Positions 1 through 8,161 of a stretch of 52,805 nucleotides of DNA are shown one piece after another (positions within the stretch are counted from its first letter, which is position 1; each line of letters begins with the position of its first letter). Where the stretch lies: the NCBI GenBank assembly GCA_037131045.1, contig JBAXRV010000003.1:1-52805 (forward strand), in the 5' to 3' direction. The notes under the pieces are model-generated. The model was given only the letters and a program-made list of their open reading frames with translations. It made no database searches and was not told the origin of the DNA. This DNA comes from Actinomycetes bacterium (GTDB taxonomy: Bacteria; Actinomycetota; Actinomycetes; S36-B12; UBA5976). Both the position numbers and the translations under genes were made by a program.

Positions 1-50
1 TTCGCGACGGATTTACAGTCCGCTCCCATTGGCCGCTCGGGCAATCTGCC
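1..50 (-). tRNA. tRNA-Tyr (anticodon GTA), 5' portion only; the 3' part lies beyond the left window edge
   Basis: The reverse complement of 1-50 reads GGCAGAT-TG-CCCG-AGCGGCCAAT-GGGA-G-CGGA-CTGTAAA-TCCGT-CGCGAA. It has the class-II D-arm CCCGAGCGGCCAA.GGGAG as in E. coli tRNA-Tyr. The anticodon stem is GCGGA/TCCGT and the loop CTGTAAA carries GTA at plus positions 16-14. The long variable arm begins at the edge. Confidence 0.85.
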
Positions 51-115
51 ATGTCACCCGAAGGCAACTAGGTAAGAATACCGATATTTATAGGTACTGT
101 GCTAATCGTCGCACG

Positions 116-1339
116 CTAGACCGAATCCATAATATGGCGGTTCCCGCGATCAAACGTGAGGTAGTTCCACGTCCAGTCAGCCATCGTTCCAATTCGATTT
201 CGGCCACCCAAGATATAGAACAAGTGCAGCCAAAGCCAAGCAAGCCACGCAATGGGGCCAGCAATCCGGATGCCTTTTACTTCAACGATGGCTTTGTGAC
301 GCCCGATCGTTGCCATCGAACCCTTGTCTTTGTAAGCGAAGTCCGAAAGCTTCCCGCCAGCGACCAGAGCTGCAATCTGTTTTGCTACAAATCGACCTTG
401 CTGCATTGCAACCGGCGCCACCATCGGTAATAGGTAACCTTCTGAGCCAACAACTCCTGCAATGTCACCAATTGCCCAGATATTTTCAAAACCTTTGACT
501 TGTAAAGTTGCCACAGTATCAATTCGGCCGCGGGCGATGGGCAGCTGCAAAGTTTCCATAGCGGCAACACCTTTAACCCCAGCGGCCCACACTGTTGTGT
601 TAGCGGGAATTTCATTTCCAGTAGTGGTCACAATTGAATCAGCAAGTACTTCTTTGACGGCAGTATTAGTGAGCACTTTTACGCCGAGTTTTTCTAAATC
701 CTTTTTAGTTCGAGCGCTCAGTGATTCCGAGAATGATGGAACGAGTCGCGGTCCAGCTTCGATAATGCTTACGCGCACTCGCTGCGCTGCATCCGAATAA
801 TCAGAATTTAAAGGGCCACGAACTAGCTCTGCGAATGCACCAGCCATCTCGACACCAGTAGGGCCGCCACCAACAATAGCGATGTCGAAATTTTGAGTGC
901 TACCTTCAACACACATCGTTTCGTAGGTCCGCATGACCTGAGAACGAATTGCTAACGCCTCAGTCACTGATTTCATACCGAGTGCATTTTCTATAACACC
1001 TGGAATTCCAAAATCAGCAGTGGTCGAACCTAACGCAATGACCAGATGGTCGTAGTTAACTTTTGTGCCATCCTCAAGGGTCAATTCATTGTTAGTGGCA
1101 TCGAGAGTATGTGGAACGCCCATCCGAAACTGCACGTCTGTTTTGCGCAGTGCGCCGCGAATGGGGTAAGCAACATGGTCTGCGGCTAGCCCGGCAGTGG
1201 AAACCTGATACAACAGCGGTAAGAATGTTTGAAAATTGTGGCGATCAATTAACGTTACTTTGCAGGCTTTAGACATCGCACGAGCCGCAGTCAATCCACC
1301 AAACCCAGCACCAAGAATTACAACATGCGGCTTAGCCAT
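116..1339 (-). CDS. ndh: type II NADH:quinone oxidoreductase (NDH-2)
   Basis: 407 aa. N-terminal Rossmann motif VVILGAGFGGL and second dinucleotide fold IAIVGGGPTGVE. Length and layout fit NDH-2. The ATG at 1339 is preceded by the SD AAGGAAGAAGG. Confidence 0.9.
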   Translation of the reverse strand: MAKPHVVILGAGFGGLTAARAMSKACKVTLIDRHNFQTFLPLLYQVSTAGLAADHVAYPIRGALRKTDVQFRMGVPHTLDATNNELTLEDGTKVNYDHLVIALGSTTADFGIPGVIENALGMKSVTEALAIRSQVMRTYETMCVEGSTQNFDIAIVGGGPTGVEMAGAFAELVRGPLNSDYSDAAQRVRVSIIEAGPRLVPSFSESLSARTKKDLEKLGVKVLTNTAVKEVLADSIVTTTGNEIPANTTVWAAGVKGVAAMETLQLPIARGRIDTVATLQVKGFENIWAIGDIAGVVGSEGYLLPMVAPVAMQQGRFVAKQIAALVAGGKLSDFAYKDKGSMATIGRHKAIVEVKGIRIAGPIAWLAWLWLHLFYILGGRNRIGTMADWTWNYLTFDRGNRHIMDSV

Positions 1340-1526
1340 GATGCCTTCTTCCTTATATCAACTATGGCTCGAGAATAGTCCTGAATCTGGACCTTGGCAT
1401 TGTGACGTTCGGCCCCAGGTATCTTGGGAAGAACTCTGATTGCAGACCTCAGGCGCCCACCATGAGGCTCACCTTCTATATGTAGAGTCTTACTGATAGA
1501 CAAGCCAAACAAAAGCGAGGGTTTCC

Positions 1527-2018
1527 ATGGCTGATTCAAGTTTTGACATAGTGAGCAAGGTTGACCGACAAGAAGCGGACAATGCGTTGCAGCAAACGGC
1601 AAAAGAACTTGTCACACGATTTGATTTCAAAGGAACTGACACCACTGTTGAGTGGAAGGGTGAACTCAACGTGGAAATCACCTCATCTACCGAAGACCGG
1701 GTAAAGGCTGCACTCGAAGTGCTCAAAGAAAAGCTAGTTAAACGAGGGGTCAGCCTCAAGGCGCTTAAAGTTGGCGATCCACGCGTATCCGGCAAGGAAT
1801 ACAAAATCAATTGCGAATTCAAAGCCGGAATTGCACAGGACCAGGCAAAAAAGATCAATAAGTTGATCAAGGACGAGGGACCCAAGAGCGTCAAGACTCA
1901 AATTATGGGCGAGGAACTTCGCGTCACAAGTAAGAATCGCGATGACTTACAGGATGTTCAACAATTACTGAATAATGCCGAACTCGATTTCGCATTACAG
2001 TACGTCAACTACCGCTGA
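1527..2018 (+). CDS. yajQ: YajQ family nucleotide / cyclic-di-GMP-binding protein (UPF0234)
   Basis: 163 aa. Shows the hallmark N-terminus [14 protein letters not shown] and C-terminus LQYVNYR. A GAGGG SD precedes the ATG. Confidence 0.9.
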   Translation: MADSSFDIVSKVDRQEADNALQQTAKELVTRFDFKGTDTTVEWKGELNVEITSSTEDRVKAALEVLKEKLVKRGVSLKALKVGDPRVSGKEYKINCEFKAGIAQDQAKKINKLIKDEGPKSVKTQIMGEELRVTSKNRDDLQDVQQLLNNAELDFALQYVNYR

Positions 2019-2420
2019 TTATTTTTTGCGTCGGCCACTAGGTGGTTCAGTAAGCAGCGGTGCGTGCGAGCCATCCGCGCGACGGGCACTAGGCAACGAA
2101 GCAGCAAGCTCGTCGATGCCATAAATCACTTGGGCCTTATTTTTACCCGCCGTGATTTCTTGTGACGACCAATACAGCGCATCAAACGGGCAAACATCAA
2201 TACAAATGCCACACCACATACACTGGCTAAAGTCGATCGTGAAGGAATCAAGTACATTCTTCATTGCTGGACGGCGAGCATTGCTGTACTGCGGAGCTTG
2301 CAAATCTGGCTCAGAATGCGCCTCAATTTCAATGCACCAGTCAGGGCATTCGCGAACACACAACATGCACGAAGTGCACGAGCTTGGATGAAGAGCAATC
2401 GATGCATGTGGATTTGTCAC
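2019..2420 (-). CDS. NuoI-like 2x[4Fe-4S] ferredoxin subunit (paralog, not the operon nuoI)
   Basis: Two CxxCxxCxxxCP motifs (CTSCMLCVRECP, CMWCGICIDVCP), spaced as in NuoI/HycF-type subunits. The longest ORF runs to 2501, but GTG at 2420 forms a GTGA start/stop overlap with the upstream gene, so 2420 is preferred. Confidence 0.75.
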   Translation of the reverse strand: MTNPHASIALHPSSCTSCMLCVRECPDWCIEIEAHSEPDLQAPQYSNARRPAMKNVLDSFTIDFSQCMWCGICIDVCPFDALYWSSQEITAGKNKAQVIYGIDELAASLPSARRADGSHAPLLTEPPSGRRKK

Positions 2421-2965
2421 TGCGACCACTCCGGAAATACGCCCGGCGGCAAAGATGGCCGGCGGCGAGCTGCAGTATCTGGATCTACCGCCCCTGGCCA
2501 TGGCCGCTGCGTACGCGGCAGTAACGCAAAGTCGCGGCGAAGTGGAAAGCTATCACTCACAAGTGCGAAGGGATGCGGTTGCGACAATCCGTTGAAAGTA
2601 ATGCCACAAAGTATCTGCATTTCAGATTCGTGGTAACGCGCTGTGGCAAAAAGTTCACTGAGTGACGCAACCCCGCCATCTGTCGTTGTACAACGAATCA
2701 CAACGCCATCGTGGGCATCAGGACTAGTCAGATGCGATGTGATTTCGAATGTGTCATCCATTAAGTGAGTGGCCGTTAGCCATTCGAGCCGAGGATGAGT
2801 TGCCTTGAGCTCACGATGAACAGTGAGCCATTGCTCGACTCCGACTTCAAGCCACATTGCCCGATCGCGATGAGACACATTCAGAGTAGGCGTGGCCAGC
2901 ACTTGAGTACCAGGTGAATCACCTGCCGGCGCGTTTTTCGAATTAAGCGAAGCTGAAGTTGTCAT
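2417..2965 (-). CDS. NuoC-like (complex I 30-kDa family) protein with an Arg/Pro-rich tail
   Basis: 182 aa. ARYHESEMQILCGITFNG aligns with the canonical NuoC segment [18 protein letters not shown] in this window. ATGA overlap with the upstream NuoB-like gene. Confidence 0.65.
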   Translation of the reverse strand: MTTSASLNSKNAPAGDSPGTQVLATPTLNVSHRDRAMWLEVGVEQWLTVHRELKATHPRLEWLTATHLMDDTFEITSHLTSPDAHDGVVIRCTTTDGGVASLSELFATARYHESEMQILCGITFNGLSQPHPFALVSDSFPLRRDFALLPRTQRPWPGAVDPDTAARRRPSLPPGVFPEWSQ

Positions 2966-3366
2966 GAGCTGGCACGCCGCACAAGTTCGGCAGCTTGTTC
3001 TAGGGCGCTGACCAAATCACTAGGCGTTGGTGGGCACCCTGGTACGTAAATATCTACCGGAATAAGTTGGTCTGCCCCATTAATCACCGAATACGAATCC
3101 CAGTACGGTCCGCCGCCGATTGCACATGCGCCAAACGCAATAACAACACGAGGTTCCAGCACAGAATCAAATGCTGCCTGAACATTGTTAGCCAACGCAT
3201 GGGTGAGCGTGCCAGCAATGACGAGCACATGTTGTGAAAGCGTCGGGTCGTTAGATAGAGCCCAGGTATCGTGCGCCTGAGTGATCAAAGTTGCGGCACT
3301 TGCCTCAACGCCACAGCAGGCAAGACCGACTTCAAGAACTTGAATTGGACTAGCGATGCTGCTCAC
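2962..3366 (-). CDS. NuoB-like [4Fe-4S] subunit (NADH-quinone oxidoreductase subunit B family / group-4 hydrogenase small-subunit-like), minimal form
   Basis: 134 aa. Keeps all four cluster-N2-type cysteines: GLACCGVE, FGACAIGGGPY and VDIYVPGCPPTP. These align with [16 protein letters not shown] and LPGCPPRP of the canonical NuoB at 20594-21148. GTG start; an in-frame TGA at 3433-3435 prevents a longer N-terminus. Confidence 0.8.
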   Translation of the reverse strand: MSSIASPIQVLEVGLACCGVEASAATLITQAHDTWALSNDPTLSQHVLVIAGTLTHALANNVQAAFDSVLEPRVVIAFGACAIGGGPYWDSYSVINGADQLIPVDIYVPGCPPTPSDLVSALEQAAELVRRASS

Positions 3367-3470
3367 AAATATGAGCGTAGAGCACCACAGAGATGAGTTT
3401 GGCCACGACGGGGTGTCTTTTTTTAATCTGTGTCAGGCGCGTTCTGGGTTTGGCGGTTCGGAGCAGACGA

Positions 3471-4388
3471 TTAATCAAACTCAACAACATGAGTCAATTG
3501 CCCGCGTCGTTGGCGCACGCTATCCACCGAGAGCACAACCAACGCGACCCACGTAATCGCAAACCCGGCAAACCGAGCCAGTGACATCGGCTCGTGGAAT
3601 ACCCACGTACCCAAAAAGAACTGAATTGTTGAACTGATGTACTGCATAAACCCGATGAAAACTAGCGGAACCCGCACCACCGCTGCGCCATACATCATCA
3701 ATGGGACCGCCGTAATAACTCCAGCGCTTGCAAGCATGAGCGAATGCGATGTGCCATGCGTAAAAAATGAATTCGTACCAAGATGCGCCAACCACATCAG
3801 ATACCCGACTGCGAAAGGCACAAGTACGGCAGTTTCGATGAGCAAACTTTCCATCGCATCAACGTTTGCAACTTTCTTGACATAGCCATACAGCGCAAAG
3901 CTGCTGGACAGTGCTAAGCCAACCCAAGGTGGTCGATGATGTTCCCACGTAATGTAAACCACTGCAGAGAACGCAATTGCGATTGCAACCCATTGAAGTT
4001 TTCGAAGGCGTTCTTTCAAAAAGAAAACACCAAGGCCCACACTAAAGAGTGGCGTAATGAAATATCCCAACGAAGTATCGAGAATGTGTCCATTCATAGT
4101 GGCCCAGATAAAGAGGCCCCAGTTTGAACCAATCAGCAACGAGGCGGCCACGAGTAACAGCAGCGTTTTGCGTTGCGCCAACGCGGCACGAACATGTGTG
4201 ATGCGCTTTTGGAAATACACAAGAGGAACTATGAGAACAAAGCTCCACAACACGCGATTTGCCAGAATCTCCAACGCGCTAGCTGGATGCAACGTAGTCC
4301 AGAAAAGTGGAGCTAGTCCCCAGCCTACGTAGGCGAAACCGCCATAAGTAATGCCACGAGCCAACTGTGTGCGCTCGGGCTTTGTCAT
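3471..4388 (-). CDS. rarD: EamA/RarD family (DMT superfamily) transporter
   Basis: 10-TM profile. The N-terminus MTKPERTQLARGITYGGFAYVGWGLAPLFW resembles E. coli RarD. ATG at 4388 is preferred over the longer GTG at 4427. Confidence 0.75.
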   Translation of the reverse strand: MTKPERTQLARGITYGGFAYVGWGLAPLFWTTLHPASALEILANRVLWSFVLIVPLVYFQKRITHVRAALAQRKTLLLLVAASLLIGSNWGLFIWATMNGHILDTSLGYFITPLFSVGLGVFFLKERLRKLQWVAIAIAFSAVVYITWEHHRPPWVGLALSSSFALYGYVKKVANVDAMESLLIETAVLVPFAVGYLMWLAHLGTNSFFTHGTSHSLMLASAGVITAVPLMMYGAAVVRVPLVFIGFMQYISSTIQFFLGTWVFHEPMSLARFAGFAITWVALVVLSVDSVRQRRGQLTHVVEFD

Positions 4389-4449
4389 AGGAGTAAACCT
4401 ACGGCACAGAGTAATCGTGCGGTTCACATGGGGTTATTGCACAAATGAA

Positions 4450-4480
4450 CTAGCCCGACAGGTTGCGGGTGTCGGGCTAG
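4450..4480 (-). terminator. intrinsic terminator candidate after the secreted-protein gene
   Basis: Perfect 11-bp stem CTAGCCCGACA / TGTCGGGCTAG with a 9-nt loop, 23 nt past the stop at 4504. On the minus strand it is followed by TTCATTTGT. Confidence 0.6.
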
Positions 4481-4503
4481 TTGCTCTGGAAGGGGAAGTT
4501 TTT

Positions 4504-5436
4504 CTAATTCCTTTTTATTTTGAGAGCCTTTTCTTGTGATCCGGCGGTATAAGGAATTGCCGACGGACGTAAACCTGTTGCTGTCGAATACGTTTTGCGT
4601 GCTTCCTTCGTGCTGGCTTTATATACAGTAAAAGCTGCGCTGCGGGATGACTTCGCAGTCTTTTGCGCAGCCTCAAGCGCGAGTCCATAGGTGTCCCAAG
4701 CGCTCACTAAAGCAGCATCGCTCGGGCCGTGATTTGCATTAACAACATTCATAAGTGCAACATATGCCTGATTTTTTGAATTCCTATATACTTTTTTGGA
4801 TGTTGTCAGGTCGGTGCTTAATACAGTTCCGGCTACACGCACTGATGCTCGCAATGCAGTGCGAGCAGACACGACCACACCATCGCCAGAAATTGTTGCA
4901 GCGTCATAATTCGCAAGCGCTAAATCTACATCGCTGGCCCAAGTCGCATACGCTGCGTCAATTGCATTATCGCGGATCACTTCTTGTTCACTCACTGACG
5001 CATCATATGTTGAACGCGCAATAACTCGAGTGAGTCTTCTGCTTGGTCCTGTCGCTGCTCTCTTCGCTGTTTGGTACGTAGTCCAGGCGCCAGACGTTGC
5101 ATCTCGAAAACTGAGGTTGGCTAATGTCAGTGCTGACTTATAAGAACTGTTCGCTGTGGCGATTGCAACTCGAAGATCCGAATCTGCTGCGCTTGATGCA
5201 GCCGAGTTATCTGAGTGTTTGCCTCGATGGTTACCCTCCGAAATTGGATCGCCCGCACTTCCAGCATTTCCGAGTCCTAAACCTTGACTCCAATCTTGAT
5301 GAGAACGATTATCCGTTGGAGCCGTGATTGGAATTGAATTTCGCCCATGTGGCTCAACTGCATGGACAGCTGACATGGAAAGCACAACAAGTGAAAAGCT
5401 CAGCGAGCTCGCACCCAGCGCTCTAGTCGTTTTCAC
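4504..5436 (-). CDS. hypothetical secreted Ala/Ser/Tyr-rich repeat protein
   Basis: Sec-type signal peptide KTTRALGASSLSFSLVVLSMSAVHA|VEP. The mature part is low-complexity, then helical repeats of the type A..(Y/W)..A. GTG at 5436 has the SD AAAGGA 6 nt upstream; the longest ORF extends to 5505. Confidence 0.6.
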   Translation of the reverse strand: MKTTRALGASSLSFSLVVLSMSAVHAVEPHGRNSIPITAPTDNRSHQDWSQGLGLGNAGSAGDPISEGNHRGKHSDNSAASSAADSDLRVAIATANSSYKSALTLANLSFRDATSGAWTTYQTAKRAATGPSRRLTRVIARSTYDASVSEQEVIRDNAIDAAYATWASDVDLALANYDAATISGDGVVVSARTALRASVRVAGTVLSTDLTTSKKVYRNSKNQAYVALMNVVNANHGPSDAALVSAWDTYGLALEAAQKTAKSSRSAAFTVYKASTKEARKTYSTATGLRPSAIPYTAGSQEKALKIKRN

Positions 5437-5546
5437 GGTCAGTCCTTTCACAGCGAAAGTTGCTATGACTCCACTGTGAACCTGAAAACCAGTAATGCCA
5501 ACCAAAAACCAGGCAATCTGGTCATTATTGGACCGTGGCTAGCGAA

Positions 5547-5568
5547 CTTTGGATAAACCTTGGATAAA
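5547..5568. repeat. tandem direct repeat, 2 x C-N-TTGGATAAA with 11-bp period
   Basis: CTTTGGATAAA (5547-5557) is followed directly by CCTTGGATAAA (5558-5568). It lies between the prenyl synthase stop and the secreted-protein start. Confidence 0.5.
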
Positions 5569-5583
5569 GTCCCCCGCCAGTGC

Positions 5584-6561
5584 CTAAATGCTGCGACTTT
5601 CCACGCTGTCGCATAACACAACCAAAGCACTTTTGGCTGGGCAGTCCGGCAACCCTGAAAGAAGGTTTCGGGCCTTATCGCTCCATTGGCGTAATACCGA
5701 ACGAGCCTCATCCATCGCGGGGTGTGCGCGCAGCGCAGTTAACGCGTGCGCATGTTCGGCATCGTCAACCAAAGGTTTACTGAGTAGCTCTCGTAAGTAA
5801 GTATCGGTTGCAGAATCCGCCAGCGCCAAAAGAACGGGCAAAGTCTTAATGCCTTCCCGCAAATCAGTACCAGGCGTTTTTCCTGAGACCGTTGATTCAA
5901 TGTCAAGTAGGTCATCACTTAGTTGGAAAGCAATCCCGATACTTTCGCCAAATTCAGCAAGCCGATCAGTTAACTCGGATGACACTCCACTCATCATCGC
6001 GCCGTAACGAGCAGATGCTGAAATAAGCGAACCTGTTTTGTCTGCAAGGACTTCTAAGTGATGTGTGACTGGATCTTCGCCGTCAACTGGACCAACCGTT
6101 TCACGTAGTTGACCAATGACAAGGCGTTCAAATGTTTCAGCCTGAACTCGAACAGCATCAGGACCAAGGTCAGCCAATAAGGCAGATGATCGTGCAAATA
6201 AAAAATCACCGCTGAGAATCGCCACAGTGTTTCCCCATCGGCTGTTTGCTGACTCTGAACCACGACGAACAGTTGCTTCATCCATAACATCGTCGTGATA
6301 CAGCGTTGCCAAGTGAGTTAGTTCGACCACGACCGCAGCCGGAACAATCCCTGGGGCGTTAGCATCTCCGAACTGGGCAGCTAACAACACAAGTAGCGGA
6401 CGAAACCGCTTGCCACCGGCTTCTACAAGGTGTCGTGCTGTGACATCAGCAAGTTGGTAGTCGCTTCGGATTTGCGTACGAAGGCGTGCTTCTACTTGCG
6501 CTAACCCTTGCATCATCTCGGATTCAAGGTCAGACAAGTCTGGTGGAAACAAGACCGTCAC
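5584..6561 (-). CDS. trans-polyprenyl diphosphate synthase (menaquinone side chain; hepta/nonaprenyl type)
   Basis: 325 aa. Both Asp-rich motifs are present (LYHDDVMDE, QLSDDLLD). It lies 31 nt after nuoN on the same strand. Confidence 0.9.
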   Translation of the reverse strand: MTVLFPPDLSDLESEMMQGLAQVEARLRTQIRSDYQLADVTARHLVEAGGKRFRPLLVLLAAQFGDANAPGIVPAAVVVELTHLATLYHDDVMDEATVRRGSESANSRWGNTVAILSGDFLFARSSALLADLGPDAVRVQAETFERLVIGQLRETVGPVDGEDPVTHHLEVLADKTGSLISASARYGAMMSGVSSELTDRLAEFGESIGIAFQLSDDLLDIESTVSGKTPGTDLREGIKTLPVLLALADSATDTYLRELLSKPLVDDAEHAHALTALRAHPAMDEARSVLRQWSDKARNLLSGLPDCPAKSALVVLCDSVESRSI

Positions 6562-6592
6562 GAAAAATCAACTTTCTCTTTGGCTGCACGTT

Positions 6593-8161
6593 CTAGCGAA
6601 CGAACAAGCCTGCGTGTATGACTGCATCAATAATTGGTTGCGGCACAACGCCAACTAAAAGAGTCACTGCTGTACATACTGCCACTGCCACGACTGTAAA
6701 TGCGCTCGGAATAACCACATCCGCAGTCGAATGAGTAACTGGCGAGAAGAACATCAACACAATCACGCGAGCATAGAAGAAGGCAGCAATCGCACTCGCG
6801 ACCACAGCGACAATTACTAATGGTGTAGCGCCCCCGTCAACAGCAGCGGTAAAAACTGCAAACTTCGCAGTAAACCCGCTTGTTAGCGGTATGCCCGCGA
6901 GCGCAAGAAGGTACAACCCAAAAACCGAAGCTACAAGCGGTGATTTTTTGCCCAGCCCGGACCATTGCGAAAGGTGATTGGCTTCACCGCTCGAATCGCG
7001 CACGAGCGACACAATTGCAAAGGCACCAACTGTTGTAAAACCGTAAGCGAAGAGATAAAGCAATCCACTTGCTAGACCCCGTGGAGTTGTCGAAATCACT
7101 GCCAGCAAAATAAAACCACTATGCGCAACTGATGAATAGGCAAGCATGCGCTTAATGTCCGACTGTGTGACGGCTAAAACCGAACCCACGATCATTGTCA
7201 AGATTGCGATAACCCAAAGCATTGGTCGCCAATCCCAACGCATGCCAGCAAACGCAACGTAGAAGACTCGGAACAACGCACCAAAGGCCGAAATCTTGGT
7301 GGCAGCGGCCATAAATGCTGTGAGCGGAGTTGGTGAACCTTGATACACATCGGGAGTCCATTGATGAAAAGGAACTGCGCCAACTTTAAAGAGCAACCCG
7401 ACTGTGATCATTCCAATTCCAGTCAAGATCAGGCCATCTTGGCTGGTGTTTGCCATGGCTTGAGCAATTACCCCAAATGTGACAGAGCCCGACACTGCAT
7501 AAATGAGGGCAGCACCAAATAAGAAAAACGCACTTGAAAAAGCACCAAGAACGAAATACTTCAAAGCGGCTTCTTGACTCAGAAGTCGCCGACGTCGAGC
7601 CATACCCGCTAGCAAATAAAGCGGCAGCGAGAAAACTTCCAGAGCCACAAACACAGTGAGCAGGTCGTTAGAAACTGGGAACATCACCATGCCGGCAAGA
7701 GCAAATAGGAACAGCGGCCAAATCTCAGTTTGGAACCAGCCCTGCGAAGTAAACTGCCGTTCGTCTTCACTACCCGGCAACGTTGATGAACGAGCCGCAA
7801 AAGCATCACCCTGTGGGTCAACACTTCGCTCAGCAAAAAGCAGCGCTCCAACAAATCCAACGAGTAGCAGAGTTCCTTGCAAGAACAAACCTGGACCATC
7901 AATTGCAACTGAACCACTGGCTGCAATTTGGCGAAGTCCGTGACCTTGTCCGGCGTTAACACTGAGCCCACCCGAAAGCGGTGCAGTTGCATTGATCACT
8001 ACATAACCAAGTGACGCGATGACACTTCCAAACACCACAGGTAGCTGAAGTGAGCGTCGGGAAGTTCTTGGAGCAAAAGCCTCAATCATGATCGAGATGA
8101 CTCCCGCAGTTAACAAAATGATGATCGGCGCAAGCGCTTGGTATTCAATCGAACTTCTCAC
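6593..8161 (-). CDS. nuoN: NADH-quinone oxidoreductase subunit N
   Basis: 522-aa polytopic antiporter-like protein. Last gene of the nuo run, with a 4-nt overlap with nuoM. Confidence 0.9.
   Translation of the reverse strand: MRSSIEYQALAPIIILLTAGVISIMIEAFAPRTSRRSLQLPVVFGSVIASLGYVVINATAPLSGGLSVNAGQGHGLRQIAASGSVAIDGPGLFLQGTLLLVGFVGALLFAERSVDPQGDAFAARSSTLPGSEDERQFTSQGWFQTEIWPLFLFALAGMVMFPVSNDLLTVFVALEVFSLPLYLLAGMARRRRLLSQEAALKYFVLGAFSSAFFLFGAALIYAVSGSVTFGVIAQAMANTSQDGLILTGIGMITVGLLFKVGAVPFHQWTPDVYQGSPTPLTAFMAAATKISAFGALFRVFYVAFAGMRWDWRPMLWVIAILTMIVGSVLAVTQSDIKRMLAYSSVAHSGFILLAVISTTPRGLASGLLYLFAYGFTTVGAFAIVSLVRDSSGEANHLSQWSGLGKKSPLVASVFGLYLLALAGIPLTSGFTAKFAVFTAAVDGGATPLVIVAVVASAIAAFFYARVIVLMFFSPVTHSTADVVIPSAFTVVAVAVCTAVTLLVGVVPQPIIDAVIHAGLFVR

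Noticed and set aside
29-430. 133-aa plus-strand ORF at the left edge
   Set aside because: It overlaps both the tRNA-Tyr and the 3' end of ndh on the other strand, and has no recognisable features.
1-1339. tRNA-Tyr at the window edge as an integration site for a genomic island
   Set aside because: There is no integrase, no duplicated tRNA 3' fragment and no obvious compositional shift. The adjacent genes are core respiratory genes.
2417-2501. Apparent 85-nt overlap between the NuoC-like and NuoI-like ORFs, which could suggest a frameshift or pseudogene
   Set aside because: An in-frame GTG at 2420 gives a classic GTGA start/stop overlap and leaves both ferredoxin motifs intact. The overlap is an artefact of taking the longest ORF.
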